This document shows, piece after piece, positions 25,507-35,734 of a stretch of 64,000 bases of DNA. The stretch comes from a virus. The position numbers were made by a program, and so were the translations under genes. The stretch spans positions 1 to 64,000 of the IMG/VR virus record IMGVR_UViG_3300046542_000168; one strand, given 5' to 3'. The notes under the pieces were generated by a model that was given only the letters and a program-made list of their open reading frames with translations, was not told the origin of the DNA and ran no database searches. The number at the start of each line of letters is the position of its first letter. The first letter of the stretch is position 1.

Positions 25507-28152
25507 TCAGTGGCAATCCTTCCAGCTCCGGCCCAGGACGTACCCGGCATCGAGCGGAACGTTGAGGTCGAAGTCTCTGTTGACCAGGGCTACAGCCTCG
25601 GAGATGAGTTCTCCCTGGCGGCAATAGGCCACGAACCACGCCTTTTCTGTGTGCTGTACATCGCTCCAGACACCCTCTTGAGCGGCCTTAAAGTCGCTGG
25701 CCACCTTCTCGCATCGGGCATCCTCGGCAGCCTGGAGCTTTTTACGCTCAGCCTTGTCTGGGTGCTCGATCTTCTGCCAGCCCAGGGCCTCTTTAGTGAA
25801 GACCTTGAACTTGACCGACTCACGGTTGACTTCGCCCTGAGCTTCATCATGCATTGCGATCATTTGTTGCCACCAGCTAGTAACTTCGTCCAGAGACTGT
25901 TTGAAGAAGTCCACAATCATTCCTTCAGCGGCTGCTAGTCGGTCGTGGTAAACCATAACTTTCTTCGCACATACAACACCGCCACCCTGGAACAGGCTGT
26001 TGAGGATTGCGTGAGCTGAACGAGTCGGAATAAGACGGCCATCAATACCAATGATGCGTTTCTTCTGGAACTGCTTTTCCCACTCTTTCTTCAGAGCATC
26101 TTTCAACTTAGCTAGTGGCTCAGCGGCTTCCCAGAAGGCGTCATAGATCATCTGACCAATCTCCAGGGAGCAACCGATGGTCTTAGCAATCTTCGCAGCC
26201 TGGGCACCATACGTGGCGCCATATTTAACGTTCTTCGCGGGGCTACGGCCAAAGTCACTGGCGATAATTGCACTAATGCGTTGAGCCATCATTGTGTGAA
26301 CGTCAAACGGCTTCTCCTGAATAAGCGAGTTGCAATATGCCTTCAGGTCATCGGCCTCGTGAATCCAGCAGTAGTGCCCTTCAATGCGTGCTTCCAGGGA
26401 ACTAAAGTCATAGCCTAGTTGCCATGCGACATTGCTGTCTGCCATGAACAGAGCGCGCATATTCTCACCGTACAGGCTGGTTGAGCGCGGAACGTTAACT
26501 ACAAGACGGTGCCTCATCCTTGAGGTAGCGGCATCACAAGTACCAGCAGGGGTTGGGATACGCCCGTCTTCACGGATGTTCGCCAGATACCCCTTAGAGG
26601 TCTGTTCGTCTGTATCGTCTTCGAAGTCTTCGAAGGTCTGGCCACCACCCAGGATGGAGTTGCGACGGTGACGATAGGTCAAGTATTCAGTGATGTCTGT
26701 AATGCAAGCCAGCTCTTCGGAACTTTCAGCAATCTCTTTCAGGTTCGGGCAAATCTCCTTCTCCTGACCAACTGTAAAACTAGGGTTGGTTTGAACCTTA
26801 AGTCCACCACCCCGTTGTTTACGCTTGAGGAAGAAACCTTCCAGGCGCATACGGTTGGTTCGTTCATTGCCGAGCGGCGAGAGTTCAAGGAACTCCATCC
26901 GGTCTTTACGGAACTCGACGTTAAGAGTTTGCTCGATATAACGATTGATTGCTGCATCAAGTTTCTCAGGCGACAACTTGTTCTTCTTCGCGTCAACCGT
27001 CAGGTCTTTCTCTTTGTACTCTAACGGCCTCCATCCGAGAGATACCAGCCACTCTTTAATGTGGGTCGTATCGTTGATAGTCGCCGTCATGGTAGTACGA
27101 AGAGGTACATCAGCAGGCAGGGGTAGCTGGTATGTTTTTCCTTCCCATACCAGTTCGTAGCCTGTTTCTGTTTCCGCGATTTCCCCGCCGATCTTCTCGA
27201 CAAACTTCCGCATATTGGCCGATGGCTCGCCCGTAGACTTCTTGAACTGAAGTTTCGGTGGAGTAAAGTCGGCCATGTAGCCTTTCGTTGCTGGCCGTGG
27301 CGGAATAATCGCCTCGATCTTCACTCGGCGCTCTTCCATCATGGCGTCAAGTTCGGTCAAGCACTCTTCAGCCAGGGCCTTGTCGAACGCAAACCCACGG
27401 TGCTCCTGTCGAGTGATTAGCTCGACAGTCTGCTTCTCCAGCTTAATCGCCGGGTGCCACTTATCACCCCAGTCCCACAGCGTCATCTCGGCATCGAGTT
27501 TCTTCGCTACAAGCTTGTTCGCTTTAACGTCGAGGATGTTGTAATAGACCATATCTGCACCGGACAACAGAAACTTGAAGTCCCGTGGTACGTGTGGCCT
27601 GAAATCCATCTTCTCATCGCTAGAGCCTACAGCCAGGTTTTCCAGGCTGTGGCCCCCGAACCGATCCGGGTTGAGCGTCTTAGAGCGCACCATCGTGTCG
27701 TCAAACACAACGGGCTTGCCACCCCACGTATCATCCCCCAGCGGCGTATCCATGCCGATTTCAACCTTATAATCAACGCCGAAGTACAGCTTGATTACTA
27801 ACAAGTCGAAGTTAATCTGGTTGTGAGCGATGATCCGACTTCCTTCTGGAATCCATTCCAGAAACTTAATGTAGTCTTTCAGGGGGCGATGGACATAATC
27901 TAGCGGCTCATAGCCTTCGAAGGTGTATGTATAAGCATCATTGATGATGCCGAAGTCTACAACATAAGGGCGACCATCGAATACATACTTGGGTCCATCG
28001 TGGAACGCGACTACCTTGTCATCGAATTCAACAACAATACAGTGGATCGCGAAGTCTTCTTTCAACTTATAGGGAACACTGGAGTAGTCGATAGAACTGC
28101 TATTCAGCAGCCCCGTCGATTCCAGATCCCAGGTAATATCCTTGGGTAGCAC
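25507..28152 (-). CDS. DNA polymerase, family A, with 3'-5' exonuclease domain
   Basis: WDLESTG, HNQINFD, YNILD; DFSSLEAR, AKNVKYGATYG, MHDE, SWKDCH. Confidence 0.95.
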   Translation of the reverse strand: MLPKDITWDLESTGLLNSSSIDYSSVPYKLKEDFAIHCIVVEFDDKVVAFHDGPKYVFDGRPYVVDFGIINDAYTYTFEGYEPLDYVHRPLKDYIKFLEWIPEGSRIIAHNQINFDLLVIKLYFGVDYKVEIGMDTPLGDDTWGGKPVVFDDTMVRSKTLNPDRFGGHSLENLAVGSSDEKMDFRPHVPRDFKFLLSGADMVYYNILDVKANKLVAKKLDAEMTLWDWGDKWHPAIKLEKQTVELITRQEHRGFAFDKALAEECLTELDAMMEERRVKIEAIIPPRPATKGYMADFTPPKLQFKKSTGEPSANMRKFVEKIGGEIAETETGYELVWEGKTYQLPLPADVPLRTTMTATINDTTHIKEWLVSLGWRPLEYKEKDLTVDAKKNKLSPEKLDAAINRYIEQTLNVEFRKDRMEFLELSPLGNERTNRMRLEGFFLKRKQRGGGLKVQTNPSFTVGQEKEICPNLKEIAESSEELACITDITEYLTYRHRRNSILGGGQTFEDFEDDTDEQTSKGYLANIREDGRIPTPAGTCDAATSRMRHRLVVNVPRSTSLYGENMRALFMADSNVAWQLGYDFSSLEARIEGHYCWIHEADDLKAYCNSLIQEKPFDVHTMMAQRISAIIASDFGRSPAKNVKYGATYGAQAAKIAKTIGCSLEIGQMIYDAFWEAAEPLAKLKDALKKEWEKQFQKKRIIGIDGRLIPTRSAHAILNSLFQGGGVVCAKKVMVYHDRLAAAEGMIVDFFKQSLDEVTSWWQQMIAMHDEAQGEVNRESVKFKVFTKEALGWQKIEHPDKAERKKLQAAEDARCEKVASDFKAAQEGVWSDVQHTEKAWFVAYCRQGELISEAVALVNRDFDLNVPLDAGYVLGRSWKDCH

Positions 28153-28161
28153 CTTACTTCC

Positions 28162-28527
28162 TTACTGTTTACTTACGATATTGCCAGAGTAGGTTTTAAC
28201 ACTACCCTCGATAAAACGACTTGAAACGTTGCCAGAATATGTACTGACACTCTCAACAATCCCTCCGCAACGGACATCGCCCGAAGAGGTATTGATTGAC
28301 TGACAATTGCCACTTACCCTAACGGAGCCTGAATGCGTCTCCAGTCGAGTCACGTCACCTTCAACGGTTACGATAACTCTGCGGTCAGGGATATTGCTTC
28401 CTTGCAACACCCCATCAACAAACACATCGTCGTGAATTATATTGATCTTTTGCCCGGTGTACTTTACGCCGTTAATGTTGACAGTGCCTACACCCTTAAA
28501 CATCGCATCGAACAACTCACCGATCAC
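28162..28527 (-). CDS. Hypothetical beta-repeat protein
   Basis: Repeated TxSGxV units. Confidence 0.7.
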   Translation of the reverse strand: MIGELFDAMFKGVGTVNINGVKYTGQKINIIHDDVFVDGVLQGSNIPDRRVIVTVEGDVTRLETHSGSVRVSGNCQSINTSSGDVRCGGIVESVSTYSGNVSSRFIEGSVKTYSGNIVSKQ

Positions 28528-30335
28528 TGTTCATCCTCCAGTAGTGCCGCCAGATGCGGATTCGCGTCCATGTAATTATCGAAGTCGTGCAGGCGAGCGG
28601 TTGGAATGTCATAGAACATGCCGCCTGCTGGGCCCGTCTCCGAAAAGTCGCGGTTCTTCAAGATGTTTACAGAAGTCTTGTTCCGCAAGATCGGATTAGC
28701 ATTCTGCTTGTCACGCTCCAGGGAGAGTGTCAAACCAGAAGCTTTAACAAGGAACGAACTACCTTGTGCGTCATCTTCCGTCAGCGGAGAGTCTTTGCCG
28801 CCATTAGTTGTCTTACGAACGTGCGAAACGATAATCAGTGTAATGCCGTACTCCTTGATGATCTTCTTGAACCAAGTTGCAACTTCCTCTTGATCGCTAA
28901 CACTCATACCAGACAACAAGTCGGAGTAAGGGTCAACGATCAGAAGCGTGATGCCCTGGCCGATAATCATCTCAAGGATCTTCTCCTTGATTTGTTCCCA
29001 GGAAGCACCCCGGTCATCGCAAACATAGAACGTTGGTGAGCCATCAGGGCGGGCATACAACTTGTCGATTTGAGCATCATGCGCAGTCAAGTAAGCTTGC
29101 CGCTCTTCCTTGTCCATTCTGTGCAAGGCTTTGCCGAGGTAGTACGACAACAAGTTCAATGAGAACTTACCGTGAGCCTGCTCTAGCGACAGAACACCAA
29201 CACGCTCTGTTGGTTCGCAAAGTGCCATATGCTCAGTAAGAGCACTCATCGCAGTAGTCTTACCGATACTGGTTTTAGCCAGTAGTAGGAAGATTTCCTG
29301 CTTTACAATACCACCACCACTCTTAGCCGATACTCCAGCGAAACACTCTGGAAGAGTAATGATCGGTAGGTCTGCCTGATCCATCGCGGCCTGTTTAAGT
29401 GCCGTTGATGCATGGATACCTGCTGGTGTATAAGGCTGGGCACCCCAGAAGTCGTTGATAAAGTCTTGTTCCGCACGCACAGCTCTTCCAGACGCATTGT
29501 CGTGGATATAGGCGTTCGGATCTTTCTTCCGCATCTTCATTACAAAGACTTTACTGCGGGGAAGTACTTTAACGACCTTCTCTAGCGCCTTCTGTCCGGC
29601 ATCGTCCTGATCCATGCAAATAACGATCTTCTTGAACTTATTGAAGAACTCGTACTGTGCCTGGACTTGCTTATGTAAAGAACTTTCCCCAATGGTGCTG
29701 GATACAACTGCAACTGGATCGAATGCCTTGTTCTTCTGGGCATCACTGAGCATCTGATATGCGGCTAGAGCGTCATGCTCGCCACCAGTAATAAGCACTG
29801 TGCCGTTGAACGTTTTAAACCACATCTGGCCAAAGAGGTCGCAACTCATGCCAGTCTCACCGAACGGATTCGAGAACTCTTTCGGATGTTTGCGGATCTT
29901 GTAACCGCTGAGCTTGTAGTTCTTAGTACACGGGTAGTAAATCTCGTCTACTGTACCGTCTGTCTCATTATATCGGTAACGCACCATGAACTTCTGTGAA
30001 GTCTCATCGCGAATTCCGCGATAACCCTTCGTCTTGCTTCCAGTCTCTGCCTTGAGTTGGTTGTGAATCTCTTCGTTAAACGGCTTGCCCACTACTGATA
30101 TCTCTTGCTCTCTTTCTTCATAACCGCCATTCGCTTCCATCCATTCAATGCTTGGATAACTCCATTCACACGAGAAACAGCGACAGCCCTTGTGTCTGCC
30201 TGAAGAGTCCAGCCCGTAAACAACTAGGTTATCCCCAGAGTTATCATGGCCTGTCTTCCGGCAAACGGGACACGCAATGTGCCCAGCTTGCGACAAATCT
30301 AATACTTGCCCATACTTTTTAATTTCGTGACTCAC
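28524..30335 (-). CDS. T7-like primase-helicase
   Basis: Zn finger CPVC/CFSC, TOPRIM GGEHDA/DQDDAG, Walker A AKTSIGKT, LIVD, KNR. Confidence 0.93.
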   Translation of the reverse strand: MSHEIKKYGQVLDLSQAGHIACPVCRKTGHDNSGDNLVVYGLDSSGRHKGCRCFSCEWSYPSIEWMEANGGYEEREQEISVVGKPFNEEIHNQLKAETGSKTKGYRGIRDETSQKFMVRYRYNETDGTVDEIYYPCTKNYKLSGYKIRKHPKEFSNPFGETGMSCDLFGQMWFKTFNGTVLITGGEHDALAAYQMLSDAQKNKAFDPVAVVSSTIGESSLHKQVQAQYEFFNKFKKIVICMDQDDAGQKALEKVVKVLPRSKVFVMKMRKKDPNAYIHDNASGRAVRAEQDFINDFWGAQPYTPAGIHASTALKQAAMDQADLPIITLPECFAGVSAKSGGGIVKQEIFLLLAKTSIGKTTAMSALTEHMALCEPTERVGVLSLEQAHGKFSLNLLSYYLGKALHRMDKEERQAYLTAHDAQIDKLYARPDGSPTFYVCDDRGASWEQIKEKILEMIIGQGITLLIVDPYSDLLSGMSVSDQEEVATWFKKIIKEYGITLIIVSHVRKTTNGGKDSPLTEDDAQGSSFLVKASGLTLSLERDKQNANPILRNKTSVNILKNRDFSETGPAGGMFYDIPTARLHDFDNYMDANPHLAALLEDEQ

Positions 30336-30344
30336 GCGGCCCTC

Positions 30345-30584
30345 TTATGCCAACAGTGGGGCCGGTGGTAACTCGCCGCCAAGGAACTTCCAGAGTTCAT
30401 TGCTCACCTCTTTCGAGATGATAAAGCTAGCGTTTACAGTCCCGTCCCAGTTTTTAGTGATATGGAACTGGTTCCAGTCCAGCTGTCGGGCTGCTTTCGT
30501 CGCAAGGGCGTAGCTGATGTCTGCGATATAGGCACGGGTAGCGTGAATCTCCAGCTTCTTACCGAACGTTTTAAATACTTCCAT
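30345..30584 (-). CDS. Hypothetical protein
   Basis: Co-oriented ORF with RBS. Confidence 0.6.
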   Translation of the reverse strand: MEVFKTFGKKLEIHATRAYIADISYALATKAARQLDWNQFHITKNWDGTVNASFIISKEVSNELWKFLGGELPPAPLLA

Positions 30585-30600
30585 GTACAGCTATTCCTTC

Positions 30601-30837
30601 CTACAGCTCTTTAAAGTAATCGGATGACTGCCAAGCCATCTCAGGGAATCGCTTGTTGGACGGCATATCAAACCAGTTGGGATTCCCGTCATCCTCAATA
30701 ATGAAGCCATCGGGACCGTGAATGTTCTCGAACGTAAACCGATACGTTTTACCGAGAGTTAGTTGTCCCGGTGTTGCCTTAATACAGAGCAGATACGCAA
30801 CCTTCCCATCATTGAAGTCCGGCCAATACGCTCCCAT
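30601..30837 (-). CDS. Hypothetical protein
   Basis: TAATG-coupled ORF. Confidence 0.6.
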   Translation of the reverse strand: MGAYWPDFNDGKVAYLLCIKATPGQLTLGKTYRFTFENIHGPDGFIIEDDGNPNWFDMPSNKRFPEMAWQSSDYFKEL

Positions 30838-32522
30838 TACGCTCGGCCCTCCAGGCGAAGACGAATCTGCTCCAGGGTGGTAGTACGGACGAAGCGACCA
30901 TCCTTGAACACAAGCTTCAGCAAGTTATCTTCAGCAGCTTCTTCGGATGGAGTTACATCGTCATCCAAGAAGTAACCGGCTTCTGAATTGCGGCCTACAA
31001 ACAGCAAGCCTCGTGCAGATTTCTTCTTGCTGTCGGTCTTCGGATCTTTATAGATGCTGATACCTTTGCCATTAACTTCAGTGTAAGTAGCCTTTACCGC
31101 AAACCCGAAAGTATCTCTGGAATTCATCTGATAAGTATATGATCCGATGCCCATCGTTACGTTTCCAGAGGCAAAGCCCTTCGCCTCCAGGCGCTCCAGA
31201 ATCTCCAGGCAACGCTTGGTGGTAATCGAGTCGCCGTAGATAAGGCCAATATGCTCATCGAGCAGCTTATAGCCCTTCGAAGTTACGGTGCCGCCGAAGA
31301 TTTCCCAGAGGACTTCAATAGCGCCTTTAACTTCGTGCAACGGTACTTCTTCACCAAGTTCAAGTTCCCAGTCGGGACCACAGCACTCACATGCGCAAAC
31401 GTCTACAACTTCGAACCGGAAATACTTGCCATCCTGCTCGACAACATCGTATTCGTTCATCATATCCGTAACGTACATATCTTCTGGCGCGACAGTCATG
31501 CCGCAAACCACTTGTACTGGATCACCAGAGTCTGGACGAATCACTAACTTGCCGGGAGTAATACCATTGCTCTCACGAGCCATGATTACATCTTTCAAGT
31601 CCGGCAGGATTTCTGTCAGTACTGCCCAGAAGTCGAACGAGTCTGCAACATACGAGACGATACCTTTCGGGAACTTTCGGGTAATCAAGTCTTGCAGAAA
31701 CATCCGCTCAGCAATAAGGCGCAAATCTTCGCCGCATGGATTGACGTTAATGTCTTGCTCGATCTTCAAGATGTTGCTTGTTGCTACAGCGTGCTCAGTG
31801 GCCGGTACAGAGGCCGCAACGAAGTCCTTAGCCCCGTAGTACTCCATGGCGTACAACACGCTACCCAGGGTATCCGTACCCAGGAAGTGAGCGATATGAC
31901 CGAAGCCGCTACGTGCCGCGTCTTCTGGGCCGGACATACCACGGGCCGAGAAGTCATGAGCCTGGAACGCCACGCCTTCTACAGGGCTTCCTGTACGCTT
32001 AGCGAAGTCCAACAACATCGCCTTGTACTCACCAGCGATAGTCGCGTTGGTCATGCTCTTCCACGTCAGGTCGCTGAGCGTAGTTTCGAGGAAGTTCACG
32101 AGCCAGTAAGCGTGCGGCACAGTGTTGCGGATCGTCAGGACCGGGATACCCATCGGGACTTTGCGGCCCTCTTCGATGGTCTTAATCTCCAGCGGGAGAT
32201 AACCCAGGTCGTGAAGTTTCGACAAGCCGTCAGTACTTACAGAATCTGAGCCCAGGTAGAAGTCGCAGAGCAACTTGAATCGGGCAATTGCCAGGCCCTT
32301 ATCCATATCGAAGAACTTTTGCCAGTTCTCGACAATCTCCATAATGGCGCCCTGCATACCGATAACAACAAGTTTGCCGTCGTAGTAGCGGGTTGCCTTC
32401 TGGCGATAGATGCGATCAGAGCGGGGAGTTAGGTTGCTGTAGACAGTTTCAGTGCCATCAGCGTACATCGCAGCATGGCCAAGTTTATAGCCGTCGCTGT
32501 TGAAGGGTGCAAAGATATTCAA
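30837..32522 (-). CDS. Nicotinamide phosphoribosyltransferase-like enzyme (NARP1 Namat candidate)
   Basis: SDGYKLGH, HDFSARG, PATEHAV, IRPDSGDP, YGDSIT, KKSARG. Confidence 0.9.
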   Translation of the reverse strand: MNIFAPFNSDGYKLGHAAMYADGTETVYSNLTPRSDRIYRQKATRYYDGKLVVIGMQGAIMEIVENWQKFFDMDKGLAIARFKLLCDFYLGSDSVSTDGLSKLHDLGYLPLEIKTIEEGRKVPMGIPVLTIRNTVPHAYWLVNFLETTLSDLTWKSMTNATIAGEYKAMLLDFAKRTGSPVEGVAFQAHDFSARGMSGPEDAARSGFGHIAHFLGTDTLGSVLYAMEYYGAKDFVAASVPATEHAVATSNILKIEQDINVNPCGEDLRLIAERMFLQDLITRKFPKGIVSYVADSFDFWAVLTEILPDLKDVIMARESNGITPGKLVIRPDSGDPVQVVCGMTVAPEDMYVTDMMNEYDVVEQDGKYFRFEVVDVCACECCGPDWELELGEEVPLHEVKGAIEVLWEIFGGTVTSKGYKLLDEHIGLIYGDSITTKRCLEILERLEAKGFASGNVTMGIGSYTYQMNSRDTFGFAVKATYTEVNGKGISIYKDPKTDSKKKSARGLLFVGRNSEAGYFLDDDVTPSEEAAEDNLLKLVFKDGRFVRTTTLEQIRLRLEGRA

Positions 32523-32557
32523 TTGTGTCTTCCTGACTTACGAACTTACTGACTTAC

Positions 32558-33412
32558 TTAAACAACATAGATCCACTCAACCTTTTCGTTGACGACACCG
32601 AGATGGTCAACATTGCCCTTAGCTGTGCCGTGGTATGAGTTGGTGGTATAAATTTTATCGTACATGCCGGGAGCGGTTAGTAGTTCAAGGCCCTTAGTGA
32701 AGAGGCCGTGTGTAACTACAAGCTTCAAGGCTGCACACTTCTGGCTACGCAGTACAGTCGCCAGTTCTGTAAATGTCTTACCGCCGTCGCAAATGTCATC
32801 GGCTACTAGGAGGTTAAGACCTTTTACATCAGCTAGGACTTGGACGCCTTCAATTCTTCCTGTTGCTACATCCCGTACTTTGTTCGCACAGATAACACCT
32901 TTAGCGCCAATAGTTGTTGCCAGATTGTGGGCCTTTTTATATGCCCCTGCGTCCGGTGCAACTATATAGTAGTCATTAAAGTTGTCAACGATATTATTGA
33001 ATATCTTTGATTGTGGCATGTTTTCGCAATTCTTAATAACAGCGGACGCCACGTCACTATGAGCATCAAGAAGAACTACAGTGTTGAATCCACAAGAATT
33101 AATCAAAGATCCCATAACCGCAACACTAAGAGCTTCGCCATTTACGCACGGGCGGTCCTGGCGAGCATATGGCATGTACGGCATCCACAAATCCATTTCA
33201 GCTCGTGGATAGTGACGGCGAAGTGCATCTACCGTGAGCAGTAGAGCAATAATGTCGTCGCTAGTTTGAAGTGAAGCGTCAATACGCAGCCAGTCTACTT
33301 TGTTAGATGGGCTTTCGCTACCTACATTGATATCTACTTTAACCTCCCCACCTGGGAACTTACTTACAGATACAGCAGTAGTGTTAAAGCCGAAACGGTA
33401 CTTAATCATCAA
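32558..33412 (-). CDS. Ribose-phosphate pyrophosphokinase-like enzyme (NARP1 Adps candidate)
   Basis: FPGGE, PYMPYARQDR, DAHS, APDAGA, DDICDGGKT, THGLF. Confidence 0.9.
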   Translation of the reverse strand: MMIKYRFGFNTTAVSVSKFPGGEVKVDINVGSESPSNKVDWLRIDASLQTSDDIIALLLTVDALRRHYPRAEMDLWMPYMPYARQDRPCVNGEALSVAVMGSLINSCGFNTVVLLDAHSDVASAVIKNCENMPQSKIFNNIVDNFNDYYIVAPDAGAYKKAHNLATTIGAKGVICANKVRDVATGRIEGVQVLADVKGLNLLVADDICDGGKTFTELATVLRSQKCAALKLVVTHGLFTKGLELLTAPGMYDKIYTTNSYHGTAKGNVDHLGVVNEKVEWIYVV

Positions 33413-33740
33413 GAATATCCCAGTTTGAAGAATCGCTAAATGCGTGATCGTGGTCCGACCGTGAAGAGTTTTTGCGAGTCGTAACTACGTCTGCAATATC
33501 TTCAACTGCGGATAAAATCTCATCGAGTACGTCACTTCTCCGTTCATCGCGGGAAGTTGAGCGAGCAAGTCGCCCCTGACTGTACGGAATAGATTGCCGT
33601 GCCGGTGCTGGTGGTCGTACTGGAGGCATCGCCGGACGCTTCACAGTTACAGGCTCAGGCTTCTTCCTGAGTTTAAGTAGGGTGGATAGGGACCAGACAA
33701 CAAGTACCACACCGATGATTACTAACGAACATTCGATCAT
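33402..33740 (-). CDS. Membrane-anchored hypothetical protein
   Basis: N-terminal TM segment and Pro-rich linker. Confidence 0.6.
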   Translation of the reverse strand: MIECSLVIIGVVLVVWSLSTLLKLRKKPEPVTVKRPAMPPVRPPAPARQSIPYSQGRLARSTSRDERRSDVLDEILSAVEDIADVVTTRKNSSRSDHDHAFSDSSNWDILDD

Positions 33741-34171
33741 ACGACTTCCACTATTGTGCAGATTCCTTCTTTACCATCTTTGATGCGTTGCTCAAGTACT
33801 GACAACTTCTTCTCGGTTTTACTATCCAACATTTTGCGAATTTTTGAGCTGTACTTTGTGAAGAGCACACCTCCGACTACGACAAGTAGCCACACCCAGC
33901 CGACAAGACAAGGGACGATAGCGCTCTTCAGTATGGTGAAGCCGAAGATTGCTGCAATCGGTACGTGGAGCATGCAGAAAGCGAAGTAGATGGCGAATAC
34001 AAGTACAAGCAATCCCAGGGCGATGTATAACAGTGTCTGGATTACGCTACGCAGTGTAGTGCGGATGTAGGTGCAAGTTGTGAACTTACGGCCTCGTGCT
34101 CGATCACGGAACGAGCTGCCCTGAAGTTGCGAGTTGAATCGGTAATGCCAGGAACGTTTGGAGATTTGCAT
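33737..34171 (-). CDS. Membrane protein
   Basis: SWHY...C motif and two TM segments. Confidence 0.7.
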   Translation of the reverse strand: MQISKRSWHYRFNSQLQGSSFRDRARGRKFTTCTYIRTTLRSVIQTLLYIALGLLVLVFAIYFAFCMLHVPIAAIFGFTILKSAIVPCLVGWVWLLVVVGGVLFTKYSSKIRKMLDSKTEKKLSVLEQRIKDGKEGICTIVEVV

Positions 34172-34653
34172 GTTTCACCTTCTCGGTCGTATACATGGAC
34201 TTGAAAGCCACGGGTAATAAGTTGACGCTCAATCATCGGCAGTACTTCGTCTTGCCAGGAAGCCCCGCCCAGTCCGCAACCCAGTCGCGGGAGGCAAATA
34301 GCTAGGCCGAGTTCACCGCCCAGGAAGAAGTGGCGAGCGAATGCAGACATTGCTGTTTCTAGTTCAGCAGGGAGTGTGTACTTTCTCCCGTCCCGTCCAT
34401 ATGTGTATTGCCCATACAGGTTAACTATGTACCCATATAACTTGTCGATCCCGACGTAGCTATATGTACCCAGCTTGTCTGGATCACCCTTCTGTGTCTT
34501 GCAGTCTACTGCGTATGCTTCGGGGAATTCCTCTCGGATGGCTTTCGCCACCCCAGAGTTCATCGTGTTGAAACAGTTTGCTTGGTGCAGCAGGGCGAAG
34601 TATTGGCCAGTCTTAAATGCTTCAACTACACAGCCGGTGCGGTACTCAATCAT
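34042..34653 (-). CDS. Macrodomain (ADP-ribose binding/hydrolase) protein
   Basis: HQANCFNTMNSGVAKAI, NLYGQ, PRLGCGLGG. Confidence 0.88.
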   Translation of the reverse strand: MIEYRTGCVVEAFKTGQYFALLHQANCFNTMNSGVAKAIREEFPEAYAVDCKTQKGDPDKLGTYSYVGIDKLYGYIVNLYGQYTYGRDGRKYTLPAELETAMSAFARHFFLGGELGLAICLPRLGCGLGGASWQDEVLPMIERQLITRGFQVHVYDREGETCKSPNVPGITDSTRNFRAARSVIEHEAVSSQLAPTSALHCVA

Positions 34654-35734
34654 CCTGCTCAACCCCGATCAGTTTCCACACGTTACCGTCTTTCTCGAAG
34701 TTCCAGTACTGCTTGATGCGAATAGCACCAGTACCATCGTCCAACTTAGCCTCAAACAATACGGAACCACGCAACTTGCCTTGTTCTACTACAACGTCGA
34801 TTGTTCGGTGCTCAAACATCAAGACCTTCGACGGAGCGGACAAACACTCTTCTACCGGCAAGTACTTGGTGTTAGCTTCTACCCAGGTAGCGTCATCGCT
34901 GTGCTTCTGGAATTCGTAGAAGATTGCCATCGCTCTTGAATCGAGGTCATCAAACTCTGATGGACCTTTAGGCGACAGGTCGAACTTTTCCTTGATCTTC
35001 CCTTCTACTCGGTCACGTACTTCTTTTTTACGACCAAGAGTTACCAACTTGTAAATCCCATAACCGATTGCACCAACAACGCTCAAGAAGAAAGCCAGCT
35101 TGATGACGAACCACAGGGCACCCCACAGAGCGCCGAAGAACGAGAATCCCGATTCCTGAGGTTGCTGTTGCTGCACGATCACTACTGGCTGTTGCTGCTG
35201 TTGCGATTGTGGCTGGTAGTATTGCTGTGGTGCCGCCTGGGGAGCCTGCTGTACGGGTGCTGCTACCGGTTGGCCCTGCTGGTTGAAGTACTGCCCAGGG
35301 TATTGCGGGTGGGTAAACATGCCAGCATGACCGGGGCTGCTAATCAGTGCGGTAATTGCACTTGCGGCCAAGATCCCGCCACCAACGCCTGCGGCAGTTA
35401 CACCGATGTCCCGCATGGTGGAGCTTTGGCGCGGCTGGTTGTACGAGTTGCTACGGTAGTTGTTATCGCTGTAACCGCTGTTGTAGTTGCTCTTGTAGCC
35501 ACTGTTGTTACTGCTGCCAGAGCTGTAGCTTGAGCTTGAGCTACTAGACGAGTACGAAGGCGTCTTGTAAGTGGTAGCCGGTTTACTATACGAAGTAGTA
35601 GCTGGCCGACTGTAAGAGCGGGAAACACCGCTAGAACCACGCGAACCACCAAACGCCGCAAAAGTGACATCAGTAAAAACGACCATACCCATCGCAAGCA
35701 GCGGTACAAACAACTTCCTCATTTTCATATCCAT
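34646..35734 (-). CDS. Tim44-like domain membrane protein
   Basis: Signal peptide, Gly/Ser-rich then Gln-rich linkers, TM segment, C-terminal QYWNFEK...WKLIGVEQ. Confidence 0.65.
   Translation of the reverse strand: MDMKMRKLFVPLLAMGMVVFTDVTFAAFGGSRGSSGVSRSYSRPATTSYSKPATTYKTPSYSSSSSSSSYSSGSSNNSGYKSNYNSGYSDNNYRSNSYNQPRQSSTMRDIGVTAAGVGGGILAASAITALISSPGHAGMFTHPQYPGQYFNQQGQPVAAPVQQAPQAAPQQYYQPQSQQQQQPVVIVQQQQPQESGFSFFGALWGALWFVIKLAFFLSVVGAIGYGIYKLVTLGRKKEVRDRVEGKIKEKFDLSPKGPSEFDDLDSRAMAIFYEFQKHSDDATWVEANTKYLPVEECLSAPSKVLMFEHRTIDVVVEQGKLRGSVLFEAKLDDGTGAIRIKQYWNFEKDGNVWKLIGVEQDD

Noticed and set aside
14433-30335. Introns or inteins in nrdA, nrdB, polymerase or helicase
   Set aside because: The ORFs are continuous, of normal length, and show no intein terminal motifs
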